Below are positions 56,878-63,069 of a DNA stretch of 63,069 nucleotides, one piece after another. Positions within the stretch are counted from its first letter, which is position 1. Each line of letters starts with the position of its first letter. The notes under the pieces were generated by a model, which had not been told where the DNA came from, did no database searches, and worked only from the letters and a program-made list of their open reading frames with translations. A program made the translations under genes and the position numbers. The stretch is from a virus (taxonomy: Duplodnaviria > Caudoviricetes): positions 1 through 63,069 of the IMG/VR virus record IMGVR_UViG_3300037657_000271. One strand, given 5' to 3'.

Positions 56878-57339
56878 ATGCTTGAATTTCTGAAGTCGGT
56901 GTTTCATTGGTTGTCGGACCCAGCTCATTTTATGGCGACAGTCCAGCTTGTGCTTATCGTTGTCGTAAGCGCGATTCAGTTTTACAAATTGGTGCGCCGG
57001 TACCTACCTGCGGAAATCGCTCAAAAAACGGATAAGGTTGCCGAATTTATGTCCTGGGCGGTAAACAAATCGTTTACTACCGCTGAAGGCCTGGAGAAAA
57101 GCGGGCTTATCAGCAAAAGTTCCAAGTTGGGGGCATTCCTTGATCAGTTGGTTCTGGAGGCGAAGAAACACGATGTACAGTTGTCTCTTGAGGATGTTTT
57201 GAAGGCCAAGGCTCTGGCGGAAATCGAGGCTTTCAATAAAAAGGCTAACACCCCAGTGGCCGTCAGTTATGATTCACTCATACCCGAAGCCGGGAATGCC
57301 TTGGGAGCGAAGCCAAACCCTCCGGCCGCCCAAGGCTGA
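56878..57339 (+). CDS. Putative holin (LL-H-like)
   Basis: Single N-terminal TM followed by basic residues, AV...AE..K pattern; follows the endolysin. Confidence 0.65.
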   Translation: MLEFLKSVFHWLSDPAHFMATVQLVLIVVVSAIQFYKLVRRYLPAEIAQKTDKVAEFMSWAVNKSFTTAEGLEKSGLISKSSKLGAFLDQLVLEAKKHDVQLSLEDVLKAKALAEIEAFNKKANTPVAVSYDSLIPEAGNALGAKPNPPAAQG

Positions 57340-57375
57340 CCCTGCAAGTGGGGAAGCGTAATCAGTCCTTGGGCG
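57312..57375 (+). other. Putative -1 ribosomal frameshift signal
   Basis: G_CCA_AAC, 8-nt spacer, CGCCCAAGGCTGA..TCAG(T)CCTTGGGCG hairpin; the -1 frame is open to 57452. Confidence 0.5.
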
Positions 57376-57546
57376 TTCGCGTTCGAGACGCTTGGTTGAA
57401 AGTTCATCGAAAAGACAAAGATATTTCCGGCGAACTTCAAATTGATTTTTGATTTCCCGAACAATTCTTGAGAATGAGGTCCACATTCTCATTGATCGGC
57501 TTCAGGAGTCCGGAACTGCCCAGGACTATTACCGGTTAAACCATCT

Positions 57547-57580
57547 GCCTGCCGAGAAGATCGGCGGGCTTTGTTTTTTG
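57547..57580 (+). terminator. Intrinsic terminator ending the late operon
   Basis: GCCTGCCGA-GAAGA-TCGGCGGGC followed by TTTGTTTTTTT. Confidence 0.8.
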
Positions 57581-57614
57581 GTTGAGACGTGGCTTTCCGA
57601 GGAGGGGAAAATAG

Positions 57615-57815
57615 ATGTACGCTGATCGCGCGTGTCCGAAGTGTTGGCAAACTTTAGTGGTCAGGTCCGGGCCTTATTTGATTTACGATTGCCCCGATCC
57701 TGATTGTGGCTGGACATCGGAGCTTGAGCCATATCGTTATCCTCTAATTTCAGAAAAATCAAATCAAGCGCTTGCTGATACAGTTCGCCAAATCCAGGTA
57801 GACAAAGCTGTTTAA
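57615..57815 (+). CDS. Small zinc-ribbon protein
   Basis: GGAGG RBS; CPKC..CPDPDC. Confidence 0.55.
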   Translation: MYADRACPKCWQTLVVRSGPYLIYDCPDPDCGWTSELEPYRYPLISEKSNQALADTVRQIQVDKAV

Positions 57816-58284
57816 CGTTTGCCGTTTTCGATCCGCGGGGGTGCCTGGGGTTCGACTTGCTGGAAGGCCCCTTTTCATCCTTTTTCGGGCAGTTCTTTTC
57901 ACAAAAGAATTTTTCCTTTAAATCCGGTCTGCCCTGCAATATTTCCCAGAAACGTGCCATGTAAGCAAACTTGTCTTTGATTCCTTTAATGATGCGGGAA
58001 AGATCATGAATTTTAAGATTTGTTACTTCCTCGATTTCTTGAAGGCGCATTCCCGCCATCTTCAGGCGATAAATTTCCCGTTCAATATCGGATAGAGCGT
58101 GATAATGCGGAACGTCAAGCGATGGACCTTCTTCGGGTTGAATTTCAGTTGCTTGCCCAAGAAGCAGTTTTTTTTCCAGGGCAATGGTGCGCATGGGAAT
58201 TAACTTTGCTCCTCGGGTTTTCGTGCTACGAGGTTTGGGAGTTTTGTATCTGGAGCGTGGTTGGCCCTGGGTGGTTTTTTTCAT
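57661..58284 (-). CDS. Sigma-region-4/LuxR-like HTH protein (candidate late regulator)
   Basis: ALSDIEREIYRLKMAGMRLQEIEEVTNL..LSRIIKGIKDKF. Confidence 0.6.
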   Translation of the reverse strand: MKKTTQGQPRSRYKTPKPRSTKTRGAKLIPMRTIALEKKLLLGQATEIQPEEGPSLDVPHYHALSDIEREIYRLKMAGMRLQEIEEVTNLKIHDLSRIIKGIKDKFAYMARFWEILQGRPDLKEKFFCEKNCPKKDEKGPSSKSNPRHPRGSKTANVKQLCLPGFGELYQQALDLIFLKLEDNDMAQAPMSSHNQDRGNRKSNKART

Positions 58285-58297
58285 TCAATTTAATGGG

Positions 58298-58588
58298 TTA
58301 ATTTTTTGCTCGTCGGGTTCCCCCACAATATTCGCAAGGATGATTTTGTTGGGCCATGGCCCCGCACCCCCAGCACGTTTCGGGACTTGGATTGAGTGTG
58401 GGGGGGAAAGGTTGAGTAGAGTATTGGGCGCTTTGCGCAGCACGTAAGGCCGCCATCATGGCCGTTTCTCGTTGATTGTTTGCAAGTTGAGAATAAGAGA
58501 AAAAATCTCCCTGGGAGTTTTGCACCCCGCCTCTTTGCGGATGATCCAAATATCCCAGAGTTCCCATAAGCCCCATGATTCCATTCAT
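58298..58588 (-). CDS. Hypothetical protein with C-terminal zinc ribbon
   Basis: CWGCGA..CEYCG; ATGA-coupled. Confidence 0.65.
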   Translation of the reverse strand: MNGIMGLMGTLGYLDHPQRGGVQNSQGDFFSYSQLANNQRETAMMAALRAAQSAQYSTQPFPPTLNPSPETCWGCGAMAQQNHPCEYCGGTRRAKN

Positions 58589-58815
58589 CTGCGAATCCTC
58601 CAAATCATCCGGCGTCGACGCCGAAGGCCCAAATGACGTTTGAACGTGTTTTCAATGGCTTTCCAAAAATCGCGAGCTTTGCTGTTCAATTCCTTTTTAA
58701 AGGATGGCGGCCTTCGCTTCTTTTTCCCTCCAGGCCACCGCCGGGAAGTTTGAGCAAGCTCTTTTTTGGAGATGGTGAAGCTTCCCCGAAGCTCCCTGAG
58801 ATCAAGTCGATCCAT
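58585..58815 (-). CDS. Small basic protein
   Basis: ORF in a tight leftward operon. Confidence 0.5.
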   Translation of the reverse strand: MDRLDLRELRGSFTISKKELAQTSRRWPGGKKKRRPPSFKKELNSKARDFWKAIENTFKRHLGLRRRRRMIWRIRR

Positions 58816-58817
58816 GA

Positions 58818-59387
58818 TTACGCCGTCCTTTCAAAAACCACGAACCACCTGGCCCGGCCATTGCGCCCAGTTCCAACGGCAAAAACTCCTTTTTCAGAAG
58901 AGAGACCGGGAACGGGCCGAGGCCACAAGTAGTGAATGATTCCCACACGGCACCCGGGGGAAAGAACCTCCGTAGCACGTTTCAATAGCTGTTCAGGGGT
59001 CGGATAGACAGATTCACCCGGAGGATATTTTCTCGCGTCTTCTGGAGAATAGGGAGAATCAATCAAAATTCCTTTCCAAAAAAGTGGTTGCAGGAAGGGC
59101 AACCTTGCACCAAAACTTGGCCATTGTTTCCTCGCATCCAGCAAAAAATCAGGACAAACCGCGGGATCCAGATCAAGGGTAAAATCTTTGGAACCGAATC
59201 CCCCGGAATAGGGGTATTCCCGCGCCAACCCTCCGCAAACATGGAGAACAGGATCCTCAACAGAACAACCAAGCATGATCCTGGCTCTCTCCGGAAAACC
59301 CCCGAGATAACCCCCGTACCTCTTGTGTCCGTTCAGATACTTACATCGAGCAAGAAGCCAAACGTCTGAAATTGGGCGATAGCTCAT
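58818..59387 (-). CDS. Small amino-methyltransferase-like protein (putative DNA MTase)
   Basis: VLHVCGG (motif I-like), TLDLDP...PDFLLDAR, ILIDSPYS (DPPY variant). Confidence 0.7.
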   Translation of the reverse strand: MSYRPISDVWLLARCKYLNGHKRYGGYLGGFPERARIMLGCSVEDPVLHVCGGLAREYPYSGGFGSKDFTLDLDPAVCPDFLLDARKQWPSFGARLPFLQPLFWKGILIDSPYSPEDARKYPPGESVYPTPEQLLKRATEVLSPGCRVGIIHYLWPRPVPGLSSEKGVFAVGTGRNGRARWFVVFERTA

Positions 59388-59509
59388 CGGTGATTATCCA
59401 TGGATGACAAAACCGCCCAGAGCAAAAGAGCCCGTGGGCGGTTCATGGAAACAATGAATTGCTGGTATGCGCATACCAGCAGGGACAACAAAGCGCTTGG
59501 TTTGTTCAT
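59384..59509 (-). CDS. 41-aa hydrophobic leader peptide coupled to the MTase
   Basis: AGGAG RBS, MNKPSALLSLLVCAYQQFIVSMNRPRALLLWAVLSSMDNHR, ATGA overlap with the MTase start. Confidence 0.45.
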   Translation of the reverse strand: MNKPSALLSLLVCAYQQFIVSMNRPRALLLWAVLSSMDNHR

Positions 59510-59578
59510 TTCAGTCTCCTTTTGGAGACCGAAAAGTCTGGTTGACGGTTACTGCTCTATTTGATTAAATAGATTACC

Positions 59579-61225
59579 CTATCCTTTAAAGGGAGTCAAG
59601 ATGGGAATTTTTTTTTGCGGTCCTGAGTTTCCGACCTTGAATCTGGAGTCGGGACGTCTGGGAATTGAACGGCGTGTGGATATGATAACTCCCGGGCTCC
59701 CGGCAATGAGACCGTTAGGACGGTCACCGAGAAAATCGGTGGCCGTTTCTATTTTTAGCACGTCCTTGCATACCCGAACCTTCAAGTGCAGGGTTTCCAG
59801 CAGTTCACGTAGTTGCCGGCCTTCCGAGACATTCAGGCGGTTTTTTAGAAGCCCGACAAAATCCCGAACATCGTTCTCAGAAACTTCAATAGCGGTGACC
59901 TTCCCCACCTTCTCCGGTAGTCTCTCGATGCTTCCTTTTATCTTCTCCCGAGAATCTGCCAGTTCCAGGAGTTTTCTCTTTACAACTTCCCGGGGAATAT
60001 CTCCCAGGTGAAGTTCGTCCATCAAATCGGATTCATGCTTCTGGGTGGCGGCCAACTGGCGTTGCTGTCGGGTCAGTTCTTCGGCATCGGTCTTGGCGCT
60101 GTCGCCAATTTCCTTTTTGTACAATTCGAGGGCCGTTCTCACGTTAGCCGGAGTAAGGATTTTTTCCAACAATACATCCTTCACTGAGCCGACAAGATCG
60201 ACTTCTTTTATGTGCCGCCGATTGCCGCAGGTGCGGGTGTCACGATGACTTCGGCACACCATATACCAGCCGCGATTGCCCGGGTTTGATCCGATAACGA
60301 AGCTTCCACCACACTCTCCGCAGACAATCATGCCTGCCAGGGGGTGTTGAGACTGCGAGACCGACCGTGGCCGCTGGCTGACATGGCAGCGAGCCAGACG
60401 GGCCTGAACGGTGGTCCAGGTTGCGTGATCCACCAGCACAGGAAGGGAGTTCGGAACACGAACCCAGGTAGCGGGGTCTTTTTCCATACGCCAGATGTTA
60501 GTGCCGATGTAAACTTCATGATGCAACATAAAACTGATTGTGTTAGGGGCCCAAGCTTTTGCCTTTCTGGGCTTTAAACCCTTTTCCCGGAGTTCGGCCA
60601 TAATCGTTTTTAACCTGGCCCCTTCCGAATATCGGTGGAAAATAAACCTCAGGACTGGGGATTCATCTTCATTGATTTCCAGGACTGTTCTCGTCTTCTG
60701 GGTTGCTGGATCGAAGACTCTCTTGTTTTTATAACCATATGGGGCTTCGCCACCACTCCGGAATCCGCGCCTTGTGTTTGTCGCTTGGCCGCTCTTTGTC
60801 TCGGCGGCCAGGTTTTTTGAATAAAACTCGGCAATACCTTCCAGCATGACTTCAAGGAGATTCCCTGCCGCCGTTTCACTGTCGATGGCTTCAAGTGCAG
60901 AAATAACTTTTATTCCATGGATTCGGAGTTTTAGTTTGTATTTTCTTGATACCTCGACATCCCGGGCAAAACGATCAAACTTTCGGACAATGATCACATC
61001 AAAGGACCGGGGCTTCCGCAGAGCTTCTTCAATCATCCTCTGAAAGGCAGGCCGATCTTCCACGCGACCGGACTGGGCTTCCTCCCGATAAATTTTCACA
61101 ACAGTTCCCTGAAGGGAATCCGCTTTGCGGGTGCATTCCTGAATCTGAGTTTCGATGGTCGCACTGTCCTGCTGCTCAGAAGAGAACCTGGCGTAAATGG
61201 CAACTCTACAAGATTTCTGATCCAT
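59579..61225 (-). CDS. Large serine recombinase of the second element
   Basis: YARFSS, RPAFQRMI, DRFAR, HPLAGMIVCGECG; clearly homologous to 1993-3492. Confidence 0.95.
   Translation of the reverse strand: MDQKSCRVAIYARFSSEQQDSATIETQIQECTRKADSLQGTVVKIYREEAQSGRVEDRPAFQRMIEEALRKPRSFDVIIVRKFDRFARDVEVSRKYKLKLRIHGIKVISALEAIDSETAAGNLLEVMLEGIAEFYSKNLAAETKSGQATNTRRGFRSGGEAPYGYKNKRVFDPATQKTRTVLEINEDESPVLRFIFHRYSEGARLKTIMAELREKGLKPRKAKAWAPNTISFMLHHEVYIGTNIWRMEKDPATWVRVPNSLPVLVDHATWTTVQARLARCHVSQRPRSVSQSQHPLAGMIVCGECGGSFVIGSNPGNRGWYMVCRSHRDTRTCGNRRHIKEVDLVGSVKDVLLEKILTPANVRTALELYKKEIGDSAKTDAEELTRQQRQLAATQKHESDLMDELHLGDIPREVVKRKLLELADSREKIKGSIERLPEKVGKVTAIEVSENDVRDFVGLLKNRLNVSEGRQLRELLETLHLKVRVCKDVLKIETATDFLGDRPNGLIAGSPGVIISTRRSIPRRPDSRFKVGNSGPQKKIPILTPFKG
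59696..59705 (+). repeat. attR core GCTCCCGGCA
   Basis: Identical to the tRNA 3' end 2002-2011; read in the same frame (AGS) in both integrases. Confidence 0.85.
59720..59756 (+). terminator. Terminator hairpin inside the second integrase
   Basis: ACGGTCACCGA-GAAAA-TCGGTGGCCGT followed by TTCTATTTTT. Confidence 0.6.
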
Positions 61226-61242
61226 AAATCCTCCGAGTAATG

Positions 61243-61635
61243 CTAAGCGTCTGGAGCCTGAAGTATGGTTACTACAGGGCAACGGCCCTTTCCGCGTTTT
61301 ACCGAAACAAGGTTAACCGTTTCAAGATCCTTCAACCCCCGGTAACCGGTGCTTCGACATATTGAAAACTCTTGGAGAAGGCCTGTGGTCAGCCTTACTG
61401 TCGCGGACATTTTCAAACCTGCTTTATACCAGAGAAGAAGTCCGAGTGCCAGTGCGTTTTTTCCCGCTAAAGCGGCAAAGGTCACCCAGTCCCAGGGGAT
61501 GGGGCGAAGGAACCTTTTGCCGAGAGGTATTTTCAGGGTGTAGTTGTTGCCGGGTTCCATAGCCGAGGCGGGCAAACCCGTTGTTTCTGACGAAATCTCC
61601 TCAATTTTAAACTTATGCGGTCTCATGACAATCAT
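61243..61635 (-). CDS. Winged-HTH protein
   Basis: PIPWDW..ALALGLLLW..RSTGYRGLKDLE..LVSVKR..GR.PVVT. Confidence 0.7.
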   Translation of the reverse strand: MIVMRPHKFKIEEISSETTGLPASAMEPGNNYTLKIPLGKRFLRPIPWDWVTFAALAGKNALALGLLLWYKAGLKMSATVRLTTGLLQEFSICRSTGYRGLKDLETVNLVSVKRGKGRCPVVTILQAPDA

Positions 61636-62052
61636 CCTTAATTTTTATTATAAGATATAAGAACAGGTGGTGTCTTTTGCATCAGGAATGATTCAGTTCC
61701 GCTCTATCTTGCGAATCCATTTCTTGGAGAATCTTCATCAGCATCCCCCAGATTGTTTTTCCGCGTTGGTCAGTGAAACGATCTGGAAACACCACTACTT
61801 TTGCCTCAGTTCTCAGCGGGAATCCTGCAAGAATTCATTTGTTTTGCCGCCAGGTAGATTTCGGCGCCCTTGCCGGCCATCTCCAGAATCTGAGTCATTG
61901 GCAGGGCCCGGAGGATATCGACGCAGGTCGATCTGGGGGCTTGACTTGTGTTGATTACAATGAGGTCAGTTGGCATTTTGTTCCTTTCTATGTTTCCGAA
62001 ATGGCGAGCCCGCCGGCACTGGACGCTGGCAGGCTCGCCGCAGGACGGTGAG

Positions 62053-63069
62053 TTAGCTGTTTCGAAGGTAGTTGCCGGCGGCGTCTTCCAAGGTGTGGGC
62101 TTCTTCCGGCGTCAGGCCTGCATCGGTGATCATCCGAGCGTCAGTCAAAGCCTGGGCAACGCCGAAGGCGGAAGGGTTGGGTTCGCGTGCGTAGGCCGCC
62201 ATGATGGCCGGAGCGAGCTTGGGCGACAACCCCGACGACCGCAGCAGTCTGTTGACGACGTCCTCGAAGTTGTCGATCGGCCGGCGGGTTGAGTCGACGA
62301 TGACCCGAGTGCTCTCCCGGATCAGATTCGGAACACTATGGAGTTTCTGGCCGAGGGTCTCCCAGACGTTCTGTTCGACGTTGCGGGTATGGCGGCGATG
62401 CAGGAGTTCACCGTCGTGGACTGGGGCTCGCATCCCATTCAAGCATATGAGCCGTTGGATCTTGACGTGAACCGCCAAGGAACAGTACCCGACGGCGCTG
62501 TTGATGATCTCAATGCCGCCGAAGAGGTCCCCGACCTAGCTGTGTCCGGACCGGAACTGCTGGCCAACCCCGAAGAAGAAGGCCGTGGTTCGTGAGGTGA
62601 TGGTCGACCGAAGGATGGGCAGATTTCCTTCCGACCCGGACAGGGCGTCGTGAAGGAAACCAGCAAGCTTCGCATCGCTGACGGCCTGGAAACCTGGCCC
62701 GACCAAGCCGACCAGGGTCCCATCAGCTTGGGTGACGAGTTCAAGGTCCCGGGTCGCTCGGATCTTGATCTCGCCTTCACCCCGGGTGAAGCGCAAGTTC
62801 ATCTGCAGCGCCCGCTCTTCCGGCGAGGCCCGCTCGAAATACTTGTCGAACTTCATCCCGAGCAGAGTTCCGATCTGCCGTTTCGACCAGTCATTCATCG
62901 CCAGCTTGCCGACACCGGGGACGACGATGTCCTGGGCTTCGTTCATCCGGAGACTGTCGAGGCTGACGACGGCTTCAAGCTGCCGACTTTCCCGGTCCTC
63001 CAGTTCCAGCACCAGATCGGCCAGCTTGTGACAAGGGGTCTTGAGGCGACCCCGAGTTACGAGTTCCAT
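62053..63069 (-). pseudogene. DUF932-like gene interrupted by one in-frame TAG (62536-62538)
   Basis: The two ORFs are in the same frame: ..RSGHS*VGDLFGGIEIINSAVGYCSL..RLICLNGM. Confidence 0.7.

Larger units (their letters stand above)
59696..63069. mobile_element. Second integrative element in tandem at tRNA-Leu (left part only)
   Basis: Related serine recombinase ending at the att core, HTH gene, DUF932-like gene. Confidence 0.75.

Noticed and set aside
57455-57545. Hairpins before the late terminator as a riboswitch or ribozyme
   Set aside because: A TGAGAATG/CATTCTCA stem is present, but I recognise no aptamer or catalytic core consensus
59542-59570. Plus-strand promoter TTGACG-17-TTAAAT pointing toward the att site
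   Set aside because: Weak -10 match in AT-rich sequence; unsupported without transcription data

Overview
The window starts with a host AMIN/Amidase_3/LysM amidase gene and a host tRNA-Leu(GAG). An apparently complete ~57.7 kb temperate, podovirus-like prophage (2002-59705) is integrated into the 3' end of that tRNA by a large serine recombinase. A second, older element with a related serine recombinase sits in tandem at the same site (59696 to window end). From left to right the prophage carries: the integrase; a leftward lysogeny operon (double-HTH cI, membrane-anchored HNH, HicB-like protein, DUF4365 plus partner); an early region with three tRNAs, structured RNAs and a homing HNH; RecT/Rad50-like/UvrD/SSB and replication genes; terminase, portal, scaffold and capsid; nozzle and ejection proteins; a 3359-aa polyvalent protein; fibre/decoration genes; lysis genes; and a leftward MTase/HTH operon. 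The most striking observations are: (1) attP lies inside the integrase gene, so integration and excision swap integrase C-termini between the two elements; (2) six structural-region fibre/decoration-like proteins carry Sec-type signal peptides; (3) the giant virion protein contains tandem divergent GGDEF-like domains plus two HExxH domains; (4) a tRNA-like cloverleaf RNA with an extended anticodon arm; (5) a probable -1 frameshift extending the holin; (6) a terminase with a second, degenerate nuclease domain; (7) a repeated late-promoter motif. All calls are from motif recognition by eye; no database searches were run.
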